Shown: positions 28,283 through 37,967, counted from the first letter of the stretch. The stretch: 64,000 bases of DNA from Candidatus Omnitrophota bacterium (GCA_049643885.1 JBARQV010000028.1:12716-76715); one strand, 5' to 3'. Notes: a model not told the origin generated them from the letters alone. Translations and numbers: made by a program.

Positions 28283-29989
28283 ATGGCTTATAACTATGAT
28301 TCTAAAGTAGCGTCAGACGTGAAACTGAAAAAAATAGAAGAGATTGCCCGTAAGGCAGGCATTCCTTCAAAATACCTGACGACATATGGCAAGTATATAG
28401 CTAAAATCTCACTGGATCTCCTGAAAGGTCCGGCAAAAAAAGGCAAGGAAGGAAAGCTGGTCCTTGTCACCTCGATCACCCCCACTCATCTCGGTGAGGG
28501 GAAGACCGTGAATACCATAGGCTTGAGCATGGCCTTGAACAGATTGGGCAAGAAAGCCATAAGCTGTATACGCCAGCCTTCGCTGGGGCCGTCTTTCGGC
28601 CTTAAGGGAGGCGCGGCTGGGGGAGGCCATTCCCAGGTCCTGCCGGCCGGGGATATAAATCTGCATTTCACGGGAGATACCCATGCCGTGACCACCGCCC
28701 AAAACCTGTGCGCCGCTTTTTTGGATAACAGTCTTTTCTGGGGGAATAAGCTCGGGTTCGACAAGAACGGCGTGACCTGGGAGAGAGTCTTCGATCTTAA
28801 TGACCGCGCTCTCAGGAACATCGCCATAGGCGGAGGCGGCAAACTTCACGGGGTGAGCCGCAGGACGGGAGTAAGCATTACTCCCGCCGGCGAATGCATG
28901 TCGATCCTGTCTCTCGCGGAAGACTTAAAGGACCTGCGGTCCCGTCTTGGGAAAATAGTGGTCGGTTTCAGCCCGAAGGGCGAGCCCATAACCGCGGAAG
29001 ACCTTAAAGCTGCCGGTCCCATGGCGGTACTATTGAAAAATGCGCTCGAGCCGAATCTTGTGCAGACGATCGAGCATACGCCGTGTTTTATCCATACCAG
29101 TGCTTTTGCCAATGTCTCGCACGGGTCAAGTTCTGTTATCGCGGACAAGATGGCATTGGGCCTTGCTGACTACGTGGTCACCGAAAGCGGTTTCGGCGCA
29201 GATCTTGGGGCCGAGAAATTTTTTGACATCAAATGCCGCCAGTCCGGATTAAGGCCGAACGTAGCGGTGATCAACTGCTCGGTCAGGGCACTAAAGGTTC
29301 ACAGCGGCGATTACGGGATCAAGGGCGTTCCGGTGCTTCCGGCGGCATTGGCCCGAGAGAATCTTTCGGCGGTGGACAGGGGTTGTTCAAATCTGGAAAA
29401 ACAGGTCGAAAACCTCAACATGTTCGGCGTGCCGGTGGTTGTCTGTATAAACCGGTTTGATGAAGATACACGGAAAGAGATAGACGTGGTCATAAGAAGG
29501 GCCGAGGCCCTCGGTGTCCAGGGCATAGCCGTGAGCGAGGTCTATAAACTGGGTTCAAAAGGCGCCACGGAACTTGCGCGCGCAGTCATCAATGCTTCGA
29601 AAGAAAAGATGAGGTTCCGTTTCCTCTACCCCGTGGACATGAACCTGCGAAGCAAGATCGAGAGGATAGCCAAATCCATGTATGGCGCCAGCGAGGTGAA
29701 ATATTCCGAGCAGGCCACGCACGAAATGGAAAGGGTCGAAAAGGCGAAACTTGACCAGGTCCCGATATGTATGGCCAAGACGCATCTTTCCCTTTCGAAC
29801 AATTCGAATAAAAAAGGGCGTCCCCGGGGATTTAAACTTCCCGTGGAGCAGATCAATGTCGCCGCGGGAGCGGGGTACGTAACAGTGAAATGTGAAGGGA
29901 CCAATACAATGCCGGGACTGCCTAAAAACCCTCGCGGGGCGAAAATGGATATAAACGTAAAAACCGGTGAGGTAAAAGGCTGGGGCTAG
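28283..29989 (+). CDS. fhs: formate--tetrahydrofolate ligase
   Basis: 568 aa; ITPTHLGEGKTVNTIGL (P-loop), FDIKCR, canonical FTHFS length. Confidence 0.92.
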   Translation: MAYNYDSKVASDVKLKKIEEIARKAGIPSKYLTTYGKYIAKISLDLLKGPAKKGKEGKLVLVTSITPTHLGEGKTVNTIGLSMALNRLGKKAISCIRQPSLGPSFGLKGGAAGGGHSQVLPAGDINLHFTGDTHAVTTAQNLCAAFLDNSLFWGNKLGFDKNGVTWERVFDLNDRALRNIAIGGGGKLHGVSRRTGVSITPAGECMSILSLAEDLKDLRSRLGKIVVGFSPKGEPITAEDLKAAGPMAVLLKNALEPNLVQTIEHTPCFIHTSAFANVSHGSSSVIADKMALGLADYVVTESGFGADLGAEKFFDIKCRQSGLRPNVAVINCSVRALKVHSGDYGIKGVPVLPAALARENLSAVDRGCSNLEKQVENLNMFGVPVVVCINRFDEDTRKEIDVVIRRAEALGVQGIAVSEVYKLGSKGATELARAVINASKEKMRFRFLYPVDMNLRSKIERIAKSMYGASEVKYSEQATHEMERVEKAKLDQVPICMAKTHLSLSNNSNKKGRPRGFKLPVEQINVAAGAGYVTVKCEGTNTMPGLPKNPRGAKMDINVKTGEVKGWG

Positions 29990-30011
29990 TAATTTTCAAG
30001 AAAGGGCGCTC

Positions 30012-30632
30012 TTGAAGAAAAAACGCAGATATTTAGAATGTTCTTTGGATGATTACCTGAAGGAGCTTTCCGGAAGGAGCATAGTTCCTGGAGGGGGCAG
30101 CGTTTCGGCCCTGACAGCGGCGCTGGGGGCCGGTCTCAATCTTATGGTCTTAAATTACAGCATCGGTAAGAAAAGGAACGCCGGGCGGGGTGATATCATC
30201 GCAGCCAGGAAGAAACAGAGGAGAAGCCTTGGCAAGCTTTCCGGTCTTGTAGACAGGGACTGTAAGGCTTTCAGCGCTTTGATGAAAGCGCTGTCCGTCG
30301 GCAGGAATGCCCAGGGGCGCTACAAGACCGCGGCAGCGGTCCCCATGGATATCTGCCGGGAGTGTCATGTCTCCATGGATATTACCGCTTTCTTGCTTAA
30401 AAAGGGAAACAAAAACCTGGTAACGGATGTAGGCTGTGCCGCGGATATCCTCAAAGCGGCCTTCGATTCGGCGCTTCTTAACGTCAAGGTCAATCTCAGG
30501 GAGATCAGCGATAGAAGGTTTGTCAAAAAAACCGAAAAAGCCCTGGCAGTCTTGAAAAAGGGTATAGGCGGGCATTACGCGAAAATAAGCCGGGAAGTTG
30601 AGAAGGTTATAGGAAAGCGGGCGGCAAGATGA
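30012..30632 (+). CDS. fchA: methenyltetrahydrofolate cyclohydrolase FchA (cyclodeaminase domain protein)
   Basis: LKELSGRSIVPGGGSVSALTAALGAGLNLMVLNYSIGKKRN matches FchA / FTCD_C. Confidence 0.75.
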   Translation: MKKKRRYLECSLDDYLKELSGRSIVPGGGSVSALTAALGAGLNLMVLNYSIGKKRNAGRGDIIAARKKQRRSLGKLSGLVDRDCKAFSALMKALSVGRNAQGRYKTAAAVPMDICRECHVSMDITAFLLKKGNKNLVTDVGCAADILKAAFDSALLNVKVNLREISDRRFVKKTEKALAVLKKGIGGHYAKISREVEKVIGKRAAR

Positions 30633-31501
30633 CACGGGTGATAGACGGCAGAAAAATAGCTGACCAGATCGGTCTTTCCACAAAGGAAAGGCTCGGGGAG
30701 ATCGTCTCCCGGACTGGGGCTTCTCCGAAACTGGTATCGATCATGGCGGGTAGAAACAAAGAGGCCGAGATATACCTGAAGATGCAGGAGAAGATGGCCG
30801 GTAAGATCGGTATAGAGTTTGAAGCCCGCGAACTCGACGAAGGCGTGTCCCGGGAGAAGATCATAAAGACGATCGAAGAGCTGAACGCGGACAAGTCCGC
30901 GACAGCGGTGATCCTGCAAAGACCTCTTCCCGAAGGCATCGATTACGACAGCATGCTTGCAAGGTTGTTGCCGGAAAAGGATGCGGAAGGCCTTCACCCC
31001 TTCAACCTGGGAAAGATCTTGAGGAGGGAAGCTGATATCGTTCCCTGCACGCCGGGGGCGGTCATGAAGATCCTCCGAGTGGAGGGAGTGGACCTTTACG
31101 GGAAGGAAGTCGTCATTATAGGACATTCGGCTATTGTGGGCAAACCTCTCAGCCTCATGATGCTGAACGAGACTGCCACAACTACCGTTTGTCATATAGG
31201 CACGGCTGAAAAAGGAGATATTGTAAGCCATTCCAGGAGAGCGGATGTACTAGTGGTGGCCGTCGGGAATCCTGAGATGGTAAAAGGTGATTGGATAAAG
31301 AAAGGCGCGGTCGTTGTGGATGTCGGCATCAACAATGTGGACGGCAGGATCGTGGGCGATGTAAATTTTGGCGAGGTAAAGAAAAATGCCGCGGTAATAA
31401 CTCCGGTCCCGGGCGGTGTCGGTCCTGTCACCGTGGCGATCCTGATGAGGAACGTCTTACGCGCGTTTAAAAAGCAAAATGAATCTACAGGAAAAGCTTA
31501 A
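30629..31501 (+). CDS. folD: bifunctional methylene-THF dehydrogenase / methenyl-THF cyclohydrolase
   Basis: IDGRKIA..., VILQRPLP, GHSAIVGKPL, TPVPGGVGPVT motifs. Confidence 0.9.
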   Translation: MTRVIDGRKIADQIGLSTKERLGEIVSRTGASPKLVSIMAGRNKEAEIYLKMQEKMAGKIGIEFEARELDEGVSREKIIKTIEELNADKSATAVILQRPLPEGIDYDSMLARLLPEKDAEGLHPFNLGKILRREADIVPCTPGAVMKILRVEGVDLYGKEVVIIGHSAIVGKPLSLMMLNETATTTVCHIGTAEKGDIVSHSRRADVLVVAVGNPEMVKGDWIKKGAVVVDVGINNVDGRIVGDVNFGEVKKNAAVITPVPGGVGPVTVAILMRNVLRAFKKQNESTGKA

Positions 31502-32354
31502 AAAAGGAAAGTTTGTCATAACTACGGAGATCGGACCTCCGAAAGGGGTTTCCCTGGATGGGGTGTTCAAGGATCTGGAACATGTCCGTGGGAGGGTCGA
31601 TGCCGTCAACGTGACCGACCAGCAGAGTTCGATCATGAGAATGGGGTCGATGGCCGCGAGCAAGTTGCTCCTGGACAAGGGATACGAGCCTGTTTACCAG
31701 GTAACTTGCCGGGACCGTAACCGTATAGCCCTACAGTCGGATGTCCTGTCGGCTTATGCTCTTGGAATACGCAATCTTCTTATCCTGACCGGTGATCACC
31801 CGCTTCTCGGCGATCATCCGGAAGCGAAGCCGGTCTATGACCTGGACTCCGTGACATTGCTGCACGCGGTCAAGGCGCTCCAGGAGGGGAAGGATCTTTC
31901 CGGGAAAAAGCTGGAGACAAGCCCGTCGTTCTACGTGGGGGCGGTAGTCAATCCCGGAGCGGAGCCGCTGGAGCCCGAGGTCATCAAAATGGAGAAGAAA
32001 ATAGCGGAAGGCGCGCAGTTTTTTCAGACGCAGGCGATATTTGACCCTAAAGCATTCGAAAAGTTCGTTTCGGCAATAAAACACCTGCGTCCGAAGATCA
32101 AACTCTTGGGGGGTATCGTTCCCCTGAAATCAGTCAAGATGGCTTGTTACATGAACGAGAATGTCCCGGGGGTCACTGTCCCGAAGGACATGATCGAGGC
32201 GATGGAGAAAGCCTCAGATGTCCAGGATTATGCTGCGGGAATAGGAGCCGACATAGTGGAAGGCATCCGCGGCTCATGCGACGGCGTTCATTTTATGCCC
32301 GTGAAAGCCAATCACCTGGTGGCGAAGATCCTGGACCGGTTGGAGAAGATATGA
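31479..32354 (+). CDS. metF: 5,10-methylenetetrahydrofolate reductase
   Basis: FVITTEIGPPKG...AVNVTDQQSS...ILTGDHP are MetF family motifs; 291 aa. Confidence 0.8.
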   Translation: MNLQEKLKKGKFVITTEIGPPKGVSLDGVFKDLEHVRGRVDAVNVTDQQSSIMRMGSMAASKLLLDKGYEPVYQVTCRDRNRIALQSDVLSAYALGIRNLLILTGDHPLLGDHPEAKPVYDLDSVTLLHAVKALQEGKDLSGKKLETSPSFYVGAVVNPGAEPLEPEVIKMEKKIAEGAQFFQTQAIFDPKAFEKFVSAIKHLRPKIKLLGGIVPLKSVKMACYMNENVPGVTVPKDMIEAMEKASDVQDYAAGIGADIVEGIRGSCDGVHFMPVKANHLVAKILDRLEKI

Positions 32355-33157
32355 CCAAGGATAAAGTTACAGTTTTGGATTTCAAACGCAAGAAAGAGGC
32401 CGGTGAGAAGATCACCATGTTGACAGCTTATGATCATCTTATGGCCCGGATAATCGATCGCTCCGGCCTGGACGCCATCCTTGTCGGCGATTCCGTGGGT
32501 ATGGTCATGCTCGGGTACGACAACACCACCAGTGTTACCATGGATGAGATGATACATCATTCAAAAGCCGTTCGTAAAGGGACAGAACGTGCTTTTCTTA
32601 TCGGCGATATGCCGTTCATGTCATACCAGGCGAGCGATGAAGACGCGGTGCGTAATGCCGGCAGGTTCGTGCAGGAAGCAGGATGTGAAGCAGTCAAAGT
32701 GGAGGGGGGGCGTGAAGCCCTGCCGCGCGTCGAAGCGATAATCGCCGCCGGTATCCCCGTCCTGGGACATATAGGCCTAACCCCCCAGAGTTTGAACAAG
32801 CTGGGCGGGTACAGGGTCCAGGGAAGGGATTCGGATTCCGCCGCGCAGCTCATGGAAGACGCCGTCTTGCTCGAAAAAGCGGGATGTTTTGCTTTGGTCC
32901 TGGAATGCGTCCCGAAGGACTTGGCCGGAAAGGTGGCCCGCAAGCTTCGCGTGCCTGTTATCGGGATAGGCGCGGGGGTCCATTGCGATGGGCAGGTCCT
33001 TGTTACTCATGACATTATCGGATATTTCGATAGGTTCGTTCCGAAATTCGTAAAACAATACACAAAGGTAAATGAGGTTATCGGGGAAGCGGTCGCCAAA
33101 TTCAAGCGTGAGACTGAATCCGGAGAATTTCCCGGTGACGAGCAGTCCTTCGATTGA
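32351..33157 (+). CDS. panB: 3-methyl-2-oxobutanoate hydroxymethyltransferase (ketopantoate hydroxymethyltransferase)
   Basis: ITMLTAYD, ILVGDSVGMVMLGYD, VKVEGG motifs. The ATG overlaps the metF stop (ATGA). The ORF track's longer upstream extension (32144) overlaps metF and is not believed. Confidence 0.88.
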   Translation: MTKDKVTVLDFKRKKEAGEKITMLTAYDHLMARIIDRSGLDAILVGDSVGMVMLGYDNTTSVTMDEMIHHSKAVRKGTERAFLIGDMPFMSYQASDEDAVRNAGRFVQEAGCEAVKVEGGREALPRVEAIIAAGIPVLGHIGLTPQSLNKLGGYRVQGRDSDSAAQLMEDAVLLEKAGCFALVLECVPKDLAGKVARKLRVPVIGIGAGVHCDGQVLVTHDIIGYFDRFVPKFVKQYTKVNEVIGEAVAKFKRETESGEFPGDEQSFD

Positions 33158-34299
33158 CCATGAGATCGTATATAGAGACCTGGGAAAAACTTTTCGGCCT
33201 AAAGCGCGTAAAGCGCATTTTCATAGCCGCTACCAGGCAGAATGTCGGCAAGACGACGATGGCTCTCGGTCTTATTGCCGTTCTCAAGAAGCGTTTTGAC
33301 AATATAGGATTCATAAAACCGGTCGGCCAGCGTTACATGATCGAGGGCGGGCACAAGGTAGATGAAGATTCAGTCCTCATAAACCGCGTCTTCGGCCTTG
33401 ATTCAGATCTCCAGGACATGTCACCTGTCGCGGTGCCAAGGGGGTATACCGAAAGGTTTCTTGACGGGAAGGTAGATGGGGATGCCGCGAGAGAGATACA
33501 TGAGGCTTTTGACAGGGTAGCCGAGGGCAAGGACGTTGTTATTATCGAGGGCACAGGGCATGCCGGTGTTGGGTCCGTATTCGATCTTTCGAACGCTGCG
33601 GTAGCCAAGATGCTTGGATCAAAAGCCGTGCTTGTATCGTCCGGGGGGATAGGAAATCCCATCGACGAGGTCATGGTGAATAAGTCTCTTTTCGACAAGC
33701 ACGGTGTCAAGCTGGCCGGTGTAATAGTCAACAAAGTTCTCCAGCATAAATACGGCAAGATCAACAAGTACGTCCGGAGGGGGCTGGAACGCCTGGGGGT
33801 CCGGGTGCTGGGAGTAGTGCCTTATTTCGAGATCCTTGACATCCCGACAATGCGTGATATCAAGGAAGAACTTGGCATGCACGTTCTTTGTGGCGATGAA
33901 CATCTTAACCGGCAGATGAAGAAAGTGCTAGTGGGAGCCATGGAAGTCAAGGACGCGGCGAGATACATCGAGGATGACTGCATGGTCATCACTCCCGGGG
34001 ACAGGATAGACCTTATCAACTTCTTGATCAAGGTCCATACCGGGAGATTCGCGGCTCCAAAGCGAATAGCGGGTCTTATTCTCTCCGGAGGCATGGGGTC
34101 TACGCGCAAGGTCTACGGGGCGCTGAAAAACACTTCTATACCGGCGCTTGTCACCTGGCTTCCCACGTACGAGGTAGCCTCGAAAGTGCACGACCTGACG
34201 GTCAAGATCAAATTAAGGGACAAGAATAAAGTGAAACTCGTAACGGAGATGATAGAGAAATACGTGGATATGGATGAGATAATGAAGATATTCGGTTAA
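33154..34299 (+). CDS. BioD-like P-loop + DRTGG domain protein (resembles the N-terminal regulatory half of class II phosphotransacetylase)
   Basis: ATRQNVGKTT P-loop, BioD/CobQ-like fold, later DRTGG-type region; no PTA_PTB catalytic domain. Confidence 0.5.
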   Translation: MTMRSYIETWEKLFGLKRVKRIFIAATRQNVGKTTMALGLIAVLKKRFDNIGFIKPVGQRYMIEGGHKVDEDSVLINRVFGLDSDLQDMSPVAVPRGYTERFLDGKVDGDAAREIHEAFDRVAEGKDVVIIEGTGHAGVGSVFDLSNAAVAKMLGSKAVLVSSGGIGNPIDEVMVNKSLFDKHGVKLAGVIVNKVLQHKYGKINKYVRRGLERLGVRVLGVVPYFEILDIPTMRDIKEELGMHVLCGDEHLNRQMKKVLVGAMEVKDAARYIEDDCMVITPGDRIDLINFLIKVHTGRFAAPKRIAGLILSGGMGSTRKVYGALKNTSIPALVTWLPTYEVASKVHDLTVKIKLRDKNKVKLVTEMIEKYVDMDEIMKIFG

Positions 34300-34331
34300 G
34301 GGATCAAGGAACAGGAAGGCAAAGGAAGAGG

Positions 34332-36491
34332 ATGGAAAAGGAAGCGAGCAAAAAGAAAAGCAGATCAACGGCAGGGACGGCCAAGAAAAGCGCCAAAGAA
34401 TCCAAGGGCTGGAAAGAGAGAGAACTGGAGCTGTTAAGGGTCGTAGAGGAGGAAAGACAGAAAGTAAAGCAATTAGAGCTCCAGAGAGAAAAGGAGATCG
34501 AGGAATACAAAACCAGGGAATCGGAACTGCAAAAAAGCCTTGAGACACAAAAACAAAAGACCCGGAAGCTGGAACTGCATATACAGGAAGAACTTGAGAA
34601 ACAGGACGCCAGGGAAAAAGATCTCCTCGAAAACGTTGAGGCTGTAAGAAGTGAAGCCAGAGAGCTTGAAAGTTTGATAAACGCCGAAACGGAGCAACTG
34701 AGGGCAGCGGAGCTTGAGCTCAGAAGGAGCATAGAACAGGAGAGACAGAAATCCAGGGATCTGGAATTGCAAACAAAGGAAGAAGGGGAAAAACACAAAG
34801 CGAGAGAGCTGGCTCTTCTGAGAGACATCGAAGCCGAGAAGCAGAAGATGAGAGACCTTGAGCTTTTCAAGAAAGAAGAAGCGGAGATGTACAAGGTCAG
34901 GGACATCGAGCTGCGCAGAGGCATCGAAGCGGAAAAACAGAGAGTCAAAGACCTGGAGCTCCTGGAAAAAGAAGAGGTAGGGAGGCGGAAAGCCGGGGAA
35001 CTGGAACTGCAGAGGGACATAGAGGCGGAAATGCAGAGGGTCAACGACCTGGATCTCCTGAGAAAAGAAGAAGAGGAGGCCCACAAAGCCCGGGAGACCG
35101 AGCTCTGCAGGATCATTGAATCGGAAAAACAGAAAGTCAGGGACCTGGAACTCCGGAGAAAAGAAGCAGCGGAGAAGCAGCGAGCCAGGGAATCGGAACT
35201 GAGAGGAAGCTTTGGTGTCGAAAGACGGAAGGCAAGGGAGATCGAGCTAAGGACAAAAAAAGAAGCGGATAGGCAAGGGGTAAAAGAAGCGAGACTCCAG
35301 AAAAGCATAGAAAGAGAGAGAAAAAGAGCCCTGGATCTGGAACGCAGAAGGAAAAAGGACGAGGAAAAACAGAAGATCAGGGAGATCAAGCTTCAGAAGA
35401 TCATAGAGGAAGAAGGGCGGAAGCGGAGGGAAACAGAAAGCCGGCTCCTGAGAGGGATCTCGCGGAGGTCCGAAACCAGTTTAAGACAAAAGGTGGCTAT
35501 TTTACTTGTTGCCGCCCTTGCCCTGATATTGGTCATAATCTACACGGGATCCAGGGATACAGCCGAGTATTCAAGAACCGTGCCGCTTATGGGAACTTTT
35601 GTCCAGATAAAAGCTTATGCTAACGGACTTGCCGGCAAGAAGCTTCCGGAAGAGGTCGACGAGGCGCTCAAACTCGCGAGAGAGCTGGAAAAGAAATTCA
35701 GCATATGGGATCCCGGCAGCGAGATCAACAAACTGAACATTGCCGGAATGAACGTTGTCTCGCTTGAGCTTTTTAACCTCGTCAATAAGTCCAAGAGAAT
35801 AAACCACGTTACGGGAGGAACGTTCGACATCACCGTGGCCCCGATACTCAAAGCCAACGGATTTTATGAAAAAATGCCCGCGGAAATACGTGATAAAATA
35901 CCGGATGATTTCGGGGGTGTCGGGATAAAGAACGTGACCTTGAAATTGGACAACAGCATCTGGCTTCGCAACGGCGCGTGGATAGACCTTTCCGGCATCG
36001 CGAAAGGTAATATCGTCGATAGCATGATCGAACTGTTCAAGCAGAAAGACATAGAAAACGTCATGATCAATGCCGGAGGAGACCTTTACTGCGGGAATAA
36101 AAGCGGGAAGAAGCCGTGGATAGTCGGAATAAGAGAGCCCGGTTCGGAGAAGATCCTGCTGAAGCTCGCGGTAAGGGATATGGCTGTGGCCACCAGCGGC
36201 GACTATGAGAACGTGGTCATTGATAAAAAAACAGGAGAGGTCATGTCGCATATTATCGATCCCTTCAGAGATAAACCGCTGAAGGAGACATATTCCAGCG
36301 TTACCGTGATCGCTCCTGAATGCACCGACGCGGACGCTTTGGCGACCGGGATGATGGTAATGAACAAGGAAGATGCTATCTCCCTTGCCGATCAGATGAA
36401 AGATGTATCGATCATAGTTGTGACGATATCCGGGGGAAAACGCATAGTGGATTTTTCGGAGGGCGCCGAAAAGTATGTGGTCGAAAGGTAA
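34332..36491 (+). CDS. apbE: FAD:protein FMN transferase (ApbE family) with ~370 aa N-terminal tandem-repeat coiled-coil domain and one TM helix
   Basis: Residues ~23-375 are about 11 copies of a 32-33 aa unit (ELELxRxIEAEKQKVRDLELxRKEEAEKxKARE). TM helix VAILLVAALALILVIIY. C-terminal ApbE domain (MGTFVQIKAY...SGIAKG...GGD...ATSGDYE). Confidence 0.75.
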   Translation: MEKEASKKKSRSTAGTAKKSAKESKGWKERELELLRVVEEERQKVKQLELQREKEIEEYKTRESELQKSLETQKQKTRKLELHIQEELEKQDAREKDLLENVEAVRSEARELESLINAETEQLRAAELELRRSIEQERQKSRDLELQTKEEGEKHKARELALLRDIEAEKQKMRDLELFKKEEAEMYKVRDIELRRGIEAEKQRVKDLELLEKEEVGRRKAGELELQRDIEAEMQRVNDLDLLRKEEEEAHKARETELCRIIESEKQKVRDLELRRKEAAEKQRARESELRGSFGVERRKAREIELRTKKEADRQGVKEARLQKSIERERKRALDLERRRKKDEEKQKIREIKLQKIIEEEGRKRRETESRLLRGISRRSETSLRQKVAILLVAALALILVIIYTGSRDTAEYSRTVPLMGTFVQIKAYANGLAGKKLPEEVDEALKLARELEKKFSIWDPGSEINKLNIAGMNVVSLELFNLVNKSKRINHVTGGTFDITVAPILKANGFYEKMPAEIRDKIPDDFGGVGIKNVTLKLDNSIWLRNGAWIDLSGIAKGNIVDSMIELFKQKDIENVMINAGGDLYCGNKSGKKPWIVGIREPGSEKILLKLAVRDMAVATSGDYENVVIDKKTGEVMSHIIDPFRDKPLKETYSSVTVIAPECTDADALATGMMVMNKEDAISLADQMKDVSIIVVTISGGKRIVDFSEGAEKYVVER
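34398..35457 (+). repeat. about 11 tandem 96-bp coding repeats inside the apbE-like gene
   Basis: Periodic GAGCTGGAACTG / GACCTGGAGCTC / AAAGAAGAAG words. A spurious antisense ORF (34304-35389) also runs through the low-complexity repeats. Confidence 0.8.
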
Positions 36492-36497
36492 AAGGGC

Positions 36498-37574
36498 ATG
36501 CGCGCGATAGTGGCAATGTCAGGCGGCGTGGATTCGAGCGTCGCCGCGTTAGAGCTGAAAAGGGCAGGGTACGAGGTCATTGGGATCACCATAAAGACCT
36601 GGCCCAAGGAAGAGTGCGGTTCGGTAGGTGAGAAACTTTGCTGCTCCCTGGAAGCTATACGGTACGCCAGAAGCGTTGCCGCTGATCTTGATATATCCCA
36701 TTACGTGTTGGACTTGTCGCAGGAATTCGCCTCTGTGGTCAAGGAATATTTCGCCCGGGAATATTCACGCGGGAGGACCCCCAGCCCCTGCATATACTGT
36801 AACAGCAAGATCAAATTCGCATGTCTTATCCAAAAAGCCAGGGAGCTGGACGCGGAAAAGATAGCCACCGGACATTACGCCAGGATAATGAAAACCGGCG
36901 AGAATCATGTTCTTGCCGAGGCCGTTGACAAGTGGCGCGACCAGTCCTATTTCCTTTACGACCTTTCCAGGGATCTTCTGCCTTTTATCGAATTTCCCCT
37001 CGGGAAGTTATCAAAAGAGAGGGTAAGGGAGATCGCCTCCGAACACGGTTTCATGACAGCGAACCGGCAGTCCAGCCAGGACATATGTTTCACTACAGCC
37101 GAAGGAGATTACCGTAGTTTTCTTAAAAGACAGGGGATCGAAGCGTTCGAATCAGGCAATATCCTGGATATGGATGGCAGGATCGTGGGACAACATAGAG
37201 GAATAGCATCCTATACCATTGGACAGCGCCGGGGAATAGGCGTAAGCATGCCCGAACCGGTTTATGTCATAAGGATAGATCCCGAGAGGAACGAGATCGT
37301 CGTGGGAACAAGAGAACACGCTTTGAACAGCAAGATCCGTGTTGCCGGTTTTAACTGGCTTACCATCGAAAAATTAGATAAGCCGGTCGAGTTTGAGACC
37401 AAAATACGCTATAACAGCACGAAAGCCCCCGCGCTTGTCACCCCGTGGGGCGATGACGAGGCGATCGTCGAATTTAAAGAGCCGCAATTTGCTCCTACAC
37501 CCGGCCAGGCAGCGGTCTTTTATGACGGGGAAACAGTTGCCGGCGGGGGATGGATCGAAGAGGTTATAAAATAA
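36498..37574 (+). CDS. mnmA: tRNA-specific 2-thiouridylase MnmA
   Basis: VAMSGGVDSSVAA PP-loop, CxxC, 358 aa. Confidence 0.92.
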   Translation: MRAIVAMSGGVDSSVAALELKRAGYEVIGITIKTWPKEECGSVGEKLCCSLEAIRYARSVAADLDISHYVLDLSQEFASVVKEYFAREYSRGRTPSPCIYCNSKIKFACLIQKARELDAEKIATGHYARIMKTGENHVLAEAVDKWRDQSYFLYDLSRDLLPFIEFPLGKLSKERVREIASEHGFMTANRQSSQDICFTTAEGDYRSFLKRQGIEAFESGNILDMDGRIVGQHRGIASYTIGQRRGIGVSMPEPVYVIRIDPERNEIVVGTREHALNSKIRVAGFNWLTIEKLDKPVEFETKIRYNSTKAPALVTPWGDDEAIVEFKEPQFAPTPGQAAVFYDGETVAGGGWIEEVIK

Positions 37575-37614
37575 GTAGTTGGTAGTTTGTAGTTGGTAGT
37601 TTGATTAATAATAC

Positions 37615-37643
37615 TTGACAATAAGAAAAGAAAGTGTTAAAAT
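37615..37643 (+). promoter_or_regulatory. near-consensus sigma70 promoter (TTGACA-N17-TAAAAT)
   Basis: TTGACA at 37615-37620; 17 nt spacer; TAAAAT at 37638-37643. Confidence 0.55.
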
Positions 37644-37647
37644 ACTT

Positions 37648-37667
37648 AAAAGCCAGTAATGGCTTTT
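37648..37667 (+). promoter_or_regulatory. leader hairpin + U-tract between the promoter and the RBS of the small ORF (possible attenuator)
   Basis: AAAAGCCA-GTAA-TGGCTTTT followed by TT, then GGAGG (37670-37674) and ATG at 37681. Confidence 0.35.
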
Positions 37668-37680
37668 TTGGAGGCATCAG

Positions 37681-37908
37681 ATGAAACTCATGATTTGCGC
37701 GTTAATATTGACTTTTAGCGGGATGAATGTGCCCGGGCAATATACCCAGATGGAACAACTAAGCAAGATCGAGGATTATAATTTAGACGCAAAGGAAGTT
37801 TTGATCTCTGAGCCGGAAAAGTCCGAAAATGAGCATGCAGGCAAAAATGAAGATTTCCTGGTTTCAAGCCAGATGGATGCGTATATAAAGGTGAGTAGCA
37901 GGCTGTAG
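37681..37908 (+). CDS. small hypothetical secreted protein (75 aa)
   Basis: Own promoter, GGAGG RBS, hydrophobic N-terminus MKLMICALILTFSGMNVPG, strong terminator immediately after. No recognisable family. Confidence 0.4.
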   Translation: MKLMICALILTFSGMNVPGQYTQMEQLSKIEDYNLDAKEVLISEPEKSENEHAGKNEDFLVSSQMDAYIKVSSRL

Positions 37909-37937
37909 GATTTTGGAAGTTAGATGTTGGATGTTGG

Positions 37938-37967
37938 AAGCCCAGTGATAGTCACTGGGCTTTTTTA
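37938..37967 (+). terminator. rho-independent terminator
   Basis: GCCCAGTGA-tag-TCACTGGGC (9-bp perfect stem) followed by TTTTTT. Confidence 0.7.

Noticed and set aside
32144-32350. Upstream extension of the panB ORF (Cys/Arg-rich 69 aa)
   Set aside because: It overlaps the well-supported metF 3' end out of frame. panB homology starts at the ATG overlapping the metF stop.
34304-35389. 361-aa minus-strand ORF antisense to the apbE repeat region
   Set aside because: It is a low-complexity Ser/Leu/Phe-rich translation of the reverse strand of the 96-bp tandem repeats. It has no start context, and the + strand has the coherent coiled-coil + ApbE reading.
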